From Campylobacterota bacterium (GTDB lineage Bacteria > Campylobacterota > Campylobacteria > Campylobacterales > Nautiliaceae): a stretch of DNA of 31,700 nucleotides. Location of the stretch: NCBI GenBank assembly GCA_009659955.1, contig PUXY01000154.1:1-31700 (forward strand), written 5' to 3'. The position numbers were made by a program, and so were the translations under genes. The notes under the pieces are model-generated. The model was not told where the DNA came from. It saw only the letters and a list, made by a program, of their open reading frames with translations, and searched no databases. Shown piece by piece: positions 16,166 through 26,121 of the stretch (within the stretch, counting starts at the first letter, position 1; the number at the start of each line of letters is the position of its first letter).

Positions 16166-17582
16166 AGCCCAAATCCCTTAAAGTTTTTTTCTCATTGAGT
16201 TTAATAATGTGGGGGGTGATGATAAAGACCAACTCTTTTTTATTACTGATTTTCTCTTTATAGGAGAAGAAAAAGTTGAGAATGGGGATCTCTTTTAAAA
16301 TTGGAACCCCATTCCGGGTAAAACTTTTATCATTGAGGATAAGTCCCCCCATTACCAGAGTTTGTCCATCTTTCAATCGAACCACGGTGGAGATGGTTTT
16401 ATCACTGGTGTTTGGTGGGCGGTCAAGGGTGTTATTATAGACATCTTCGGGATTTACAAAGGAGCTAATCCGGGGGTAAACATTGAGAATAATAGTTCCG
16501 TCATCGGAAATTTGAGGGGTAATATCCAAAATTACTCCCACAAATTTTGAACCTACCACATAACTAACTTGGGTGGTTCCATTATCGGTAGTGGTAGATT
16601 TATTGGGATATTTGTAATAGACGGTATCTCCGACGGTTACAATCGCTTTCTGGTTGTTGAGGGTTACAATTTTGGGGTTGGAAATGGAGTTAACATTCCC
16701 ATATTTAGCCAAAAAGTTTAAGAGAGCTTCTTCTGTAAATTTTGACCCACTTTTAAAGATGGAGTTGCTTCCAAACACATTCCGCAAAGCCAAACTGGTG
16801 CTTCCGGAACTGGAAATCTGTAAGGTTGACCAGTTAATCCCTGTTTGGTGGCTTTCGCTCAAATTTACACTCAAGATTTTTACATCAATTAACACCTCTT
16901 TGGTGAGCCGTTTTACCAGAGTTTTAATATATCGGTCTACAGCGTCCAATTGCCGTTTGGTTCCGGTAACGGTTACCAACCCCGCGGTTTTGTCAATTAC
17001 AACTTCCGGAGTTTTGGCATTGAGGGGGTCGGGGGAGTTGTTTCTCAAAAGGGCGGTTACATCTTTTTTAATTTTACTCCAGAGGTCAGATTTAAATTGG
17101 GATTTGACGGTAGAGCCTTCCAAAGTTGAAGTTCCCCCGCTGGTGGGGGCATTTCCTCCAGTCCCACCGGTCTCTCCTCCACCTCCAGAGTTACTGGAGG
17201 TAGAAACCATATTTGAACCCTGTCGGCTCATTGCAATCCAGTCCAGTTTGTAGGTTTTAGTTTTGTAATAGCTCACTTCCAAAGTGTTACCATTGAGGGT
17301 ATAAAATAGCCCCCGTTTTGCCAAAATCAAATCCAGAATCTGGCGGAGGGTCATATCTTTTATTTTGACAAAGGGCATTTTTTGGTCTACTTTTTTCTCC
17401 GCTTGGGTATCGGTGTAAACCACATTTATACCACACTTCCCGGTTGCCAAATAAGCTAAAAATTCCCGAATTGTCGTCCGATTTTCCGGGTTGAGACTAT
17501 TGGTATAGGAGAAGAGCCGATTGGAGCAACTACCCCATACAACTCCCACTATCAAAAGCAACGCTACCACTACTCTTTTCAT
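16152..17582 (-). CDS. mshL: Outer-membrane secretin, MshL/CtsD type
   Basis: Signal peptide, Gly/Ser/Thr-rich Secretin_N_2-like insert, KEVLIDVKILSV, GINWS, SISNPKIVTLNNQKA, GVILDITPQI, GVPILKEIP, ELVFIITPHII. Confidence 0.92.
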   Translation of the reverse strand: MKRVVVALLLIVGVVWGSCSNRLFSYTNSLNPENRTTIREFLAYLATGKCGINVVYTDTQAEKKVDQKMPFVKIKDMTLRQILDLILAKRGLFYTLNGNTLEVSYYKTKTYKLDWIAMSRQGSNMVSTSSNSGGGGETGGTGGNAPTSGGTSTLEGSTVKSQFKSDLWSKIKKDVTALLRNNSPDPLNAKTPEVVIDKTAGLVTVTGTKRQLDAVDRYIKTLVKRLTKEVLIDVKILSVNLSESHQTGINWSTLQISSSGSTSLALRNVFGSNSIFKSGSKFTEEALLNFLAKYGNVNSISNPKIVTLNNQKAIVTVGDTVYYKYPNKSTTTDNGTTQVSYVVGSKFVGVILDITPQISDDGTIILNVYPRISSFVNPEDVYNNTLDRPPNTSDKTISTVVRLKDGQTLVMGGLILNDKSFTRNGVPILKEIPILNFFFSYKEKISNKKELVFIITPHIIKLNEKKTLRDLGFGGF

Positions 17583-18089
17583 CTATTTCACCTTTATTGG
17601 GAATTGATTAAATAGCCGTTTGGTTATCATTTTTTTGCCACATTTGAGGGTTACCCCATCGTCAAATACCCGCCAAAGGATACAAGTGGCGACCGGTTCT
17701 CCCCGTTTGAACCATTTCTTTTCTACATTTACCAATTGATCTCCCCGATACTTGAGAACTTTCAATTTGGCACTATCGTCCAAAATTGCCAAAACTTCAA
17801 AACTATATCGGGTTTGAATCACCGGCTTTTTGGGTTTAATATCCACTTTCACCGGTGGAGTCCAAAAGGGGGTTTTCATTCGATTGAAATTCTCCAGTTT
17901 AAAATTGTAATTTAAAAGTTTAGTTACTTTTTTGGATAACTCCTCAATCTCCCTCTCCTCCGGAGAAGGTGGTTTAATCTTTTCCGGTTTTTTTGCTTGA
18001 GGTTTAGGCAGATTTGGGGGTTTTGGCATCGGTTTTTCTCCCCCCCAAAGGAGTGCCCCGGTTATCAATAAAAGCACCCACTTTCTCAT
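17583..18089 (-). CDS. PilP/GspC-like periplasmic pilus assembly protein
   Basis: Signal-like N-terminus, Pro-rich linker, KTPF motif, C-terminal beta domain with a Cys pair; position upstream of the secretin. The call rests largely on context. Confidence 0.6.
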   Translation of the reverse strand: MRKWVLLLITGALLWGGEKPMPKPPNLPKPQAKKPEKIKPPSPEEREIEELSKKVTKLLNYNFKLENFNRMKTPFWTPPVKVDIKPKKPVIQTRYSFEVLAILDDSAKLKVLKYRGDQLVNVEKKWFKRGEPVATCILWRVFDDGVTLKCGKKMITKRLFNQFPIKVK

Positions 18090-18859
18090 TTTTTAAACCC
18101 ATACACTTCCAGTTGAATCTGGAAAGTTTTATTTTGATCCATAGAGAATCCTTTTACCCTTACTAAGTCGACTCTTTTTTCCAGATTGTAGATAAAATCG
18201 ACCACATTTTTATAGGGTCCCCCTCCTGTCAAATTGAGGTCCATTCTTGGCACCAAAAATTTTTGTTGGAATCTGGCACCGGTGGCATCTTCCACGGCAA
18301 TTTTTACCTTTTTAATATTTTTTTTCATTTTTTTCCGGAGTTTTTTAATCTCCTTTTTTATTTTACTCTCCTCCCCTTTGGGCTCCTTCTTCTCTTGATT
18401 GACGGCGTAAATTACATTACTCAACCGGGCAAATTTGAGTCCTGTAGTTTTGGTGGTATCGGCAATATAACTCAAAAATTCAATCCACTTTTCAATATTA
18501 AATTGCAGAGGTGAGAGGGCAGAGGTCAACTCCTCCACCTTATTTAAAGTTCTCTCCAATACCACTTTCTCCTTCTTATCTTGGGCAATTTTCCGTTTAA
18601 CTTCCGCAATTTTTCCTTTAATTTCCCGGATATCTTTCCGGAGTTGACTTACTTCATTGGTATACTTGGTGAATCTTTTATAATTTTGATCTTTATAATC
18701 CATTACCGCCGGAAATACAAAATATCCGAAAAGGAAAATGATTAAGGCAACTGCCCCTCCAATTATCATATAGACTTCCTGCTCTTTCCGCCCTTCAAAC
18801 TGCTCATCTATCCGGTCTAAAAACTCTTCAAATTTCTCCTGTTTCCCGTGTCCGTTCAT
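18086..18859 (-). CDS. PilO/GspM-like alignment subcomplex protein
   Basis: Single TM after a short cytoplasmic segment, long coiled coil, ferredoxin-like C-terminus (LNLTGGGPYKNVVDFIYNLEK); ATGA overlaps on both sides. Confidence 0.72.
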   Translation of the reverse strand: MNGHGKQEKFEEFLDRIDEQFEGRKEQEVYMIIGGAVALIIFLFGYFVFPAVMDYKDQNYKRFTKYTNEVSQLRKDIREIKGKIAEVKRKIAQDKKEKVVLERTLNKVEELTSALSPLQFNIEKWIEFLSYIADTTKTTGLKFARLSNVIYAVNQEKKEPKGEESKIKKEIKKLRKKMKKNIKKVKIAVEDATGARFQQKFLVPRMDLNLTGGGPYKNVVDFIYNLEKRVDLVRVKGFSMDQNKTFQIQLEVYGFKK

Positions 18860-20556
18860 TTTTTCCCTTTCTTATTTTCATTTAAGGGTTTTTCAAATTG
18901 GAGGGGAGTGTTTTCATCGGTAATCATTAAAGTGGCAGTATAGACCCCCTTCTCTTTCACAATTTCAGGGGTAAAGACATTGAAGCCGGCATCTTTTAAT
19001 TGTTGGAGAAGTCGGGGGATATTGAATCGGCTATGGGTGTAAACCGAAACATTATACTCCCCATTCTCCATTTGAATCTTTTTCAGATAGACATTATTCC
19101 GATTCATATAGTAGGCAATATCGGTCAAATTTTGGGAGACGGGGATATCTTTATATTTGAATTTGTAGAGGGAGTTTATCAAATCCCGATTCAATTTTAT
19201 ATCCCCTTTCAATTTGGCAATTTTCTCCTCAATTGTCTTTAAAATCCCCTCTTCCCTCTTCAATTCCCCCTGAAGGGAGAGTTTTTGGGAGCTCAATTTG
19301 GTTTTGGTTTCATAAACTTGATTACTCCGGAAATTGTAAAAGAATCCAATTCCCCACAAAATTACCGCCGGGATAGTCAATAGAATTGTAGTGGCAATTG
19401 TTGCCCCCAAAAGTTGCCCACTGGGACGGAAAAAGAGGGTCGGCTTCCGGGGGTGGAGGGTAAAGTTATAATCCAATTTGCCGGTTTTATAGGCGTAGTG
19501 GGTTTCCAGCATTGCCAAAAAGAGGAAAGGCTCAATGGGCAATTGATCAAGGTTATACTTTTTGGCAAATTCGAAACTATTTACATCGCTAATTGTTGAA
19601 AATTGTTTACTCATATACTCTTCAATTCCGGCAATTCCCCCATATTGACTGGTGATAAAGATTCGCTCAATATCTTGAATATTGAAAACATTGGGAATAT
19701 CGGCAATGGTATTCTCGATAATTGTAATCAGTTTATCAAAGACCCGTTTCAATCTTTCAAATACAATCTTTTCCCCTCCCCGATAGCGTCCCTCAATTAA
19801 CCCCTTTTGGTGGAGAAGGCGGATAAAAGTGCTTTTATTAAAATTGGCAATATTGAGTTCATTTAACTCTTCCCACACATCATTTAACCCTTCACTGAGG
19901 GTTTTAATTGTCAAAAGCTCTTTTCCATCATAAAAGGCGATAAAAGTTTTATCTTCCAATAACACCACAAAGGCATCGGTTGCCGGCTCCAAAATATCAT
20001 TATAGAGGGCACCAAAGGAGAAGGCAGGGAAGGAGAGGTAATCCAGATAGCCGGTCTCCTGAATAATATCGGCATACTCAAACTCCACAAAGGTGGAGGG
20101 GATAATTACCGCTTCTACCCCAACTTTTTTCTCATTTTTCAAATTTTTAACCAATTTATATTTGATGATATACTCTTCGGTCTCATCTATCCCGGCATTG
20201 GCATAAATTTCAGTCTCAATCATACTCATCAACTCATCGGGTGATGATGTTCTCTCCACTGCCCCTTTATCCAATTCAAAACTATAAAAGATAGCCTTTT
20301 CCAATGGAAGATAACTACAGAGAAGGGGCTCTCCTTTGAGGGTGGAGCCCCGGTAAATCCGGATAATTTTCCGGTCGGCGTGGAGAATATACCGCTCTTT
20401 ATCCTTTACCCCTATTACCTCATCAACATTATAATCATACTTTTTCAAATATTTTCTGAACTTTTTGGGAATAAGTTTAACCCACCCCTCCTCCTGCACC
20501 CCCTCTTTAAATCTCTTCAATTGTTGCAGTCGCCGGAATCTACCTATCCCCATCAT
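18856..20556 (-). CDS. Fused PilM-PilN (GspL-like) alignment protein
   Basis: ~380-aa cytoplasmic domain, one TM (LLGATIATTILLTIPAVILWGIGFFY), coiled coil and short periplasmic C-terminal domain; context upstream of the pilO/pilP/secretin genes. Confidence 0.68.
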   Translation of the reverse strand: MMGIGRFRRLQQLKRFKEGVQEEGWVKLIPKKFRKYLKKYDYNVDEVIGVKDKERYILHADRKIIRIYRGSTLKGEPLLCSYLPLEKAIFYSFELDKGAVERTSSPDELMSMIETEIYANAGIDETEEYIIKYKLVKNLKNEKKVGVEAVIIPSTFVEFEYADIIQETGYLDYLSFPAFSFGALYNDILEPATDAFVVLLEDKTFIAFYDGKELLTIKTLSEGLNDVWEELNELNIANFNKSTFIRLLHQKGLIEGRYRGGEKIVFERLKRVFDKLITIIENTIADIPNVFNIQDIERIFITSQYGGIAGIEEYMSKQFSTISDVNSFEFAKKYNLDQLPIEPFLFLAMLETHYAYKTGKLDYNFTLHPRKPTLFFRPSGQLLGATIATTILLTIPAVILWGIGFFYNFRSNQVYETKTKLSSQKLSLQGELKREEGILKTIEEKIAKLKGDIKLNRDLINSLYKFKYKDIPVSQNLTDIAYYMNRNNVYLKKIQMENGEYNVSVYTHSRFNIPRLLQQLKDAGFNVFTPEIVKEKGVYTATLMITDENTPLQFEKPLNENKKGKK

Positions 20557-21434
20557 TGTTCAATCCTATAACCCAAATCTGCCAATCGTTTTTTATTTTT
20601 TGTCCATTTGGGAACCACTTTCACATACAACTCCAGATAGATTTTTTTTCCACTGAATTGCTCCAAAAGCTTTCGGGCATACATACCAATTTCCTTTATT
20701 TTTCGTCCTCTTTCCCCAATTATTATACCTTTCTGGGAGGATCTCTCGGCAATAATTGTTGCATATACCCGGTCTAAATGGGGGAGTTCTTCAATTTTTT
20801 CAATAATAACATCGGTTTCATAGGGGAGTTCATCTCCCAACTTCTCAAATAGGGCTTCCCTTATCAACTCTTTGTAAATATCCCTAATATGTTCAGTGGA
20901 AATAATTTCTGGGTCAAAATAGTATGGGTGTTCCGACAATTTCTCTACGATTTTATCCAAAAGCTCCTCTTTTCCTATTCCGGCCACTGCACTGACCGGC
21001 ACAATTTCCGCTTCCCGGTTTACTTCCAAATACTCTTCTTTTTTCTTTTCTACATCTTCCCCTTTTACCAAATCTATTTTGGTTAACACTACAATATGGG
21101 GGATTTTTTTCTTATTCAATTCCAAAAACCACTTGTAACCTTCCAGATTGTCCCGAACATCGGCTACAAATAGAAGTAAATCACTCTCCCCAATGGTTTT
21201 GAGAGCCTCCCCCAACATAAATTTATTCAACAATTTTTCCTGTTGATGGAGTCCCGGAGTATCCACCAAAATAATTTGAGCCCCCTTCCACATTACTATA
21301 CCATTTATCCGTTTCCGGGTGGCATTGGCTTTGGGCGACACCAGAGCAATTTTTTCCCCCAATAACCAGTTTAAGAGTGTAGATTTTCCGCTATTGGGTC
21401 TTCCCACAACCCCCACAAACCCGGCTTTGGTCAT
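20553..21434 (-). CDS. era: GTPase Era
   Basis: GRPNSGKS, DTPG, TKID, KH domain with IIIGERG and LELYVKV. Confidence 0.97.
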   Translation of the reverse strand: MTKAGFVGVVGRPNSGKSTLLNWLLGEKIALVSPKANATRKRINGIVMWKGAQIILVDTPGLHQQEKLLNKFMLGEALKTIGESDLLLFVADVRDNLEGYKWFLELNKKKIPHIVVLTKIDLVKGEDVEKKKEEYLEVNREAEIVPVSAVAGIGKEELLDKIVEKLSEHPYYFDPEIISTEHIRDIYKELIREALFEKLGDELPYETDVIIEKIEELPHLDRVYATIIAERSSQKGIIIGERGRKIKEIGMYARKLLEQFSGKKIYLELYVKVVPKWTKNKKRLADLGYRIEQ

Positions 21435-21575
21435 AGTTCCACCTTTTCAGAAAATTTACCCACTGGTCTAAATCTAAACCCAACTATATTTTCATTTTCT
21501 TTAATTCCCATTAATTTTTACCCCCTCTTTTTGAAAGTTTAACATAATCCCCCCCTTTCCAGTTTCATTTCCGTT

Positions 21576-21584
21576 TGTTACAAT
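21576..21584 (+). promoter_or_regulatory. Candidate extended -10 promoter for PBP1A
   Basis: TGtTACAAT 59 nt upstream of the ATG in the divergent era/PBP1A gap. Confidence 0.5.
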
Positions 21585-21643
21585 CTAACCAACCTTTTTC
21601 CGGTAACTTAATCCCATATCCCAACTTCAAAGGTTTTAGTTAA

Positions 21644-23815
21644 ATGGACGACAAGCGGTTTACTCCTTTTTGGGAAAGAGTAAAAGGGGGATTACACAAC
21701 TTTTTTCGGACTCTCAACTCCTACTTTGTAATTTTCCGATGGAAATTTGGAAGGGTATTGAAGTTTATCTGGAAAATTATTCTGGGGATCCTAATTGGAA
21801 TGGGGCGGATTTTCCGGTTCTTTTTTACCCTTTTTCTGATTATTTCCGCAGTAATTGGAGGAATTGCCCTTCTCTATTTCCTCCATCTCTACAAATCGGT
21901 GCAGTTTATAGAGGAAAAAATCTACTACTACAATCCTCCATTGACCACCCGCTTTTTCGACAATAAAGGGAAGTGGATTGGCTATCGGTATAGTAAAGAG
22001 AATCGAATCTATGTCGATTACAAACATATCCCGGGAAGGGTAATTGAAACCCTTTTGGCTACTGAAGACACCTCCTTTTTTGAACACCCGGGAGTAAATG
22101 TTAACGCCATTTTCCGGGCTTTAATTAAAGATATTAAAGCGGGACGGAAAGTTGAAGGGGCATCTACAATTACCCAGCAATTGGTGAGGAACCTCTACTT
22201 GACCCGGAAAAAGACAATTGAGCGGAAAATAAAAGAGATAATTATCTCTTTGAAAGTGGAAAAGGAGATTTCCAAAGAGAAAATTTTGGAGAGATATCTC
22301 AATCAAGTCTTTTTCGGAAATGGCTACTACGGGATTCGGACTGCCAGTTTGGGGTATTTCCACAAAGACCTGAATCAACTGGATTTGAAAGAGATTGCAA
22401 TGTTAATTGCCCTTCCAAAAGCTCCCAGTCGATATAACCCCATTACCCATTATGAAGATAATATTGAAAGGGCAAACAACATTATTCGCCGACTCTTCTC
22501 TTTGGGGTGGATTAGTTATCCCGAATATAGAAAAGCTATTCTGGAACGCCCCAAAGTCTATAAAAAGATGTTGAAAGAAGAGGCAGGTTACGCAATTGAT
22601 ACCGCCATTGCCCGGCTCAAAGGAAAACTTCCCAAACTTTTGAGCAATGGGTATGATATTTATCTCACCGTTGACCTTCCCACCCAAAAATTGGCAGAAG
22701 AGACAATCAAATGGAACTACAACCGCCTCACAAAAAGATACCACGACCTCCGGGGACAACTCAACGGAGCCCTAATCTCCCTCGACCAGACTACCGGAGA
22801 AGTTAAAGCGGTAGTAGGTGGAAGGAAATACCATCGATTGGGTTATAACCGGGCATATGACGCCCGCCGGAGTGTGGGAAGTAGTATCAAACCTTTTATC
22901 TATTTAATTGCTCTGGACCACGGCTATAATCCCGCCACTTTAATTCCCGATATTCCCCGGACTTTCTGGGTAAAAGAGAATGGAAAGTGGAAACTCTGGA
23001 AACCCCACAACTACGAAAAAGACTCCAAAGGTATGATTCCCCTCCGGGAAGCTTTGGTGCACTCCAGAAACTTGGCTACCGTCAATCTGGTCGCCCAACT
23101 GGGACTGAAAACCGTTGCCCGGGGACTCCGACACTACGGCTTTAAAAATTTCCCTGTTATCTGGAGTATAAGTTTGGGAAGTATAGGGGATAATCTTTGG
23201 GATTTTGCCGAAAGATATACCAATATCTCCAATTACGGAAAAGAGTCTAAAATCTATATAGTAAGGAAAATTATAGCCCAACGGAGTGGAAAGGTAGTAT
23301 TGGAAAATAAACCTACCCACCGGGTTACAGACTCCCCAGCCCAAACCTATATGATTATAGATATGATGAAAGATGTAGTTAAACGGGGAACCGGAAAAAA
23401 AGCCCAAGTTAAAGGGATTGAAGTTGCCGGAAAGACTGGAACCACCAACGATTTCCGCGATGGTTGGTTCAATGGTTTTACCCCCAATAGTGAAACTATT
23501 ATCTGGTTTGGACGGGACGATTACAAACCGATGGGGCATAAATTGACCGGAGGAAAAGTCTCTGCCCCCGCATTTGCCTATTTCTACAGAAAATTACTTT
23601 TAATTCATCCTGAACTGAAACGCCACTTTAAGGTTCCAAAAGGAGTCCATTACTTCACTCTGGGAAATGGGAAAAAAGAGCTTTACACCTCCAAATCTCC
23701 ACCGCCTCCGCCAACTCCTGAACAAACCGGCTCTACCACCGGTGGAGGGGGCGGTGGTGGAGGTGGGGGTGCCACCCCCGGAGTTAAGGGAGATGCCGAT
23801 ACTCCTCTCTTCTAA
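21644..23815 (+). CDS. mrcA: Class A penicillin-binding protein PBP1A
   Basis: GT motifs EDTSF, GASTITQQLVRN, RKIKE; TP motifs SSIK, SRN, KTG. Confidence 0.93.
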   Translation: MDDKRFTPFWERVKGGLHNFFRTLNSYFVIFRWKFGRVLKFIWKIILGILIGMGRIFRFFFTLFLIISAVIGGIALLYFLHLYKSVQFIEEKIYYYNPPLTTRFFDNKGKWIGYRYSKENRIYVDYKHIPGRVIETLLATEDTSFFEHPGVNVNAIFRALIKDIKAGRKVEGASTITQQLVRNLYLTRKKTIERKIKEIIISLKVEKEISKEKILERYLNQVFFGNGYYGIRTASLGYFHKDLNQLDLKEIAMLIALPKAPSRYNPITHYEDNIERANNIIRRLFSLGWISYPEYRKAILERPKVYKKMLKEEAGYAIDTAIARLKGKLPKLLSNGYDIYLTVDLPTQKLAEETIKWNYNRLTKRYHDLRGQLNGALISLDQTTGEVKAVVGGRKYHRLGYNRAYDARRSVGSSIKPFIYLIALDHGYNPATLIPDIPRTFWVKENGKWKLWKPHNYEKDSKGMIPLREALVHSRNLATVNLVAQLGLKTVARGLRHYGFKNFPVIWSISLGSIGDNLWDFAERYTNISNYGKESKIYIVRKIIAQRSGKVVLENKPTHRVTDSPAQTYMIIDMMKDVVKRGTGKKAQVKGIEVAGKTGTTNDFRDGWFNGFTPNSETIIWFGRDDYKPMGHKLTGGKVSAPAFAYFYRKLLLIHPELKRHFKVPKGVHYFTLGNGKKELYTSKSPPPPPTPEQTGSTTGGGGGGGGGGATPGVKGDADTPLF

Positions 23816-23918
23816 TCAAACTCCCCTCTTTCCCCCTCAATTTTGTGATATTATTTGACCCAGTTTTCTCCTCAATTTTTCAGATAGATTTATAAATTAT
23901 GGATAGAAGGAGTTGGGT

Positions 23919-24809
23919 TTGTTTGGATTTATTAAAAAAGGGTTGAAAAAAACCCAAGAGGTAATAAAAAATGTTGTGAGGGGAGAAAAAGTTGGGGAAA
24001 AACTCCCCAAAGAGGTAATTGAAGAGGCATTAATAGAAGCCGATATAGATTATGAACTGGTAGAAAAAATTGTAGATAAACTCCCCAAAGAGGTGGAAAG
24101 AAAGAGATTGAAAAAAGCTCTTTTAAACCATTTTCCCTATCAAGGAGAGGAGTTTAAAATAGGGGAGCATCGCCCTTTTTCTATTTTAATTATCGGCGTC
24201 AATGGAGCGGGAAAAACCACCACCATTGGAAAATTGGCACACCGGTTTAAAAATGAAGGATACTCTGTAATTTTGGGAGCCGGAGATACATTCCGGGCGG
24301 CGGCAATTGAACAACTCTCCATCTGGGCAGAAAAATTGAATGTGCCCATTGTCAAAACTAAACAGGGACACGATCCGGCGGCAGTTGCCTTTGATACCAT
24401 CTCCAAAGCCAAAGCCCGGGGAATAGATGTTGCCCTTATCGATACCGCCGGACGACTCCACAATAGGGTAAATCTCCAACGGGAGTTGGAGAAGATTGTC
24501 CGGGTAGCCAAAAAGGCAGACCCGGAAGCCCCCAGTAAAATTTTTCTAATTTTGGACGGCACCCAAGGAAGTAGTGCCGTAAACCAAGCCCAAATTTTCA
24601 ACCAGATTGTAGGGGTCGATGGAATTATTGTTACCAAACTGGATGGCACCGCCAAAGGGGGAAGCCTTTTTACCATTGTAAACCAATTGAAACTTCCCAT
24701 CTACTTTGTAGGAGTCGGAGAAAAAGAGGAAGATTTAATTCCCTTCAACCGGGAAGAGTTTATCGACACAATCCTCGACGCCCTCTATCAACCCCAAAGT
24801 GGAGAATAG
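23919..24809 (+). CDS. ftsY: SRP receptor FtsY
   Basis: GVNGAGKTTT, DTFRAAA, DTAGR, TKLDGTAKGG. TTG 23919 (MFGFIKK) fits SD AGAAGGAG better than 23913. Confidence 0.96.
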   Translation: MFGFIKKGLKKTQEVIKNVVRGEKVGEKLPKEVIEEALIEADIDYELVEKIVDKLPKEVERKRLKKALLNHFPYQGEEFKIGEHRPFSILIIGVNGAGKTTTIGKLAHRFKNEGYSVILGAGDTFRAAAIEQLSIWAEKLNVPIVKTKQGHDPAAVAFDTISKAKARGIDVALIDTAGRLHNRVNLQRELEKIVRVAKKADPEAPSKIFLILDGTQGSSAVNQAQIFNQIVGVDGIIVTKLDGTAKGGSLFTIVNQLKLPIYFVGVGEKEEDLIPFNREEFIDTILDALYQPQSGE

Positions 24810-24966
24810 AGACTCTTTTTCCATTTTTAATTTTCTGCTCTTGAAGTTTCCACCTTTTAACTTTTTCTCCCTTTGATGAGGTTACAATTTCTCACAGGAG
24901 GGGTTTAACAAACTTTGAAAGTTTTCTTTTTTAAAACGCCTAAAAAAGGCAAAAGAGGAGAAAAAA

Positions 24967-26121
24967 ATGGTTGTCCATCTCTGTTGCAGTGTCGATGCCG
25001 GCTATTTTCTCAAAAGGTTAAAGGAGGAGTTACCGGAGGAGAAATTGATTGGCTACTTTTTCGACCCCAATATCCACCCCTACGCCGAATTTAAATTACG
25101 GAGTCTGGACACCCGGCGGGTCTGTGAAAAATTGGGGGTTGAGTTTGTGGAGGGTCCTTATCTGTTGGAGGAGTGGTATACCCGCACCGCCGGATTGGAG
25201 AGGGAGCCGGAAAAGGGGAGTCGGTGTAGCCAATGTTTCGATTTTTCACTGGAGGAGAGTGCCAGATTTGCCAAAAAGATTGGGGAAAAAAGGGTTACCA
25301 CCTCCCTTTTGATGTCTCCAATGAAGAGTCGGGAGCAGTTGAAACAGGTGGGAGAGTATCTGAAAGAGAAGTATCAAATCGACTTTTTTGCACCAGATTA
25401 TCGGAAAAAGGGAGGCACCCAAGCCCAACAACTTTTTGCCAAAGAGTTGGAAGTTTACCGGCAAGATTATTGCGGGTGCATTTACGGACTTTGGAACCAA
25501 AAAAAGGAGTTGGCAATTGTCGACCTCTCCTCTCCGGTGGGTGGGGAGACCCTCCCGGGGAGTGTGGAGGAGAGATTGGAGCTCTACCGATGGCGGTTGG
25601 AGTTGGAGGAGGCGGGAGTCCCCTACAAAATCCGAAAGGAGGAGTTTTTAAATTATCGACTCCTCCGGGGCGGGGTAAAACGGCGGAAACCGGGAGAGAA
25701 GAGTTGGAAGGGAATTCCAACTTTTATCCTCTTCTACTCCCATTTACCCCGTCCAATACGGGGGGAGATTGTGGGGGGAAGGGGAGGAGTGGGAGAGTTT
25801 AACCGGAAAGGGATTCTCTTTCTGGATTTGGAGGAGTTCAATCGGCTCACCTCCCTCAATTACTCCACAATTTGGGAGCTTTACCAGACTCCCCCCCATT
25901 GGAAAACCCAGTTGAGATTGAGGGAAAAACTCTTCTCCTCCCCCTACTCCCTCTCCCCGGTTGTAGTGGTTGAAAAAATTGAAACAGGTTACCGGTATCA
26001 AATTGAAATTGAGTCGAAACTTTTCCCCGACACCCGGGAGGAGTTGGTTATAATTCCCCAAAACTCCAAAGGAGCCGACAATGGCAGAGGATATTTTGAA
26101 AATAGGGAAGTATCAGTTTAA
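24967..26121 (+). CDS. queH: Epoxyqueuosine reductase QueH (DUF208) with C-terminal extension
   Basis: [38 protein letters not shown]. Confidence 0.88.
   Translation: MVVHLCCSVDAGYFLKRLKEELPEEKLIGYFFDPNIHPYAEFKLRSLDTRRVCEKLGVEFVEGPYLLEEWYTRTAGLEREPEKGSRCSQCFDFSLEESARFAKKIGEKRVTTSLLMSPMKSREQLKQVGEYLKEKYQIDFFAPDYRKKGGTQAQQLFAKELEVYRQDYCGCIYGLWNQKKELAIVDLSSPVGGETLPGSVEERLELYRWRLELEEAGVPYKIRKEEFLNYRLLRGGVKRRKPGEKSWKGIPTFILFYSHLPRPIRGEIVGGRGGVGEFNRKGILFLDLEEFNRLTSLNYSTIWELYQTPPHWKTQLRLREKLFSSPYSLSPVVVVEKIETGYRYQIEIESKLFPDTREELVIIPQNSKGADNGRGYFENREVSV

Noticed and set aside
24876-24900. Possible preQ1 riboswitch before queH (TGAG/CTCA stem)
   Set aside because: The loop lacks the class I consensus, there is no A-rich 3' tail, and the loop more likely holds a -10.
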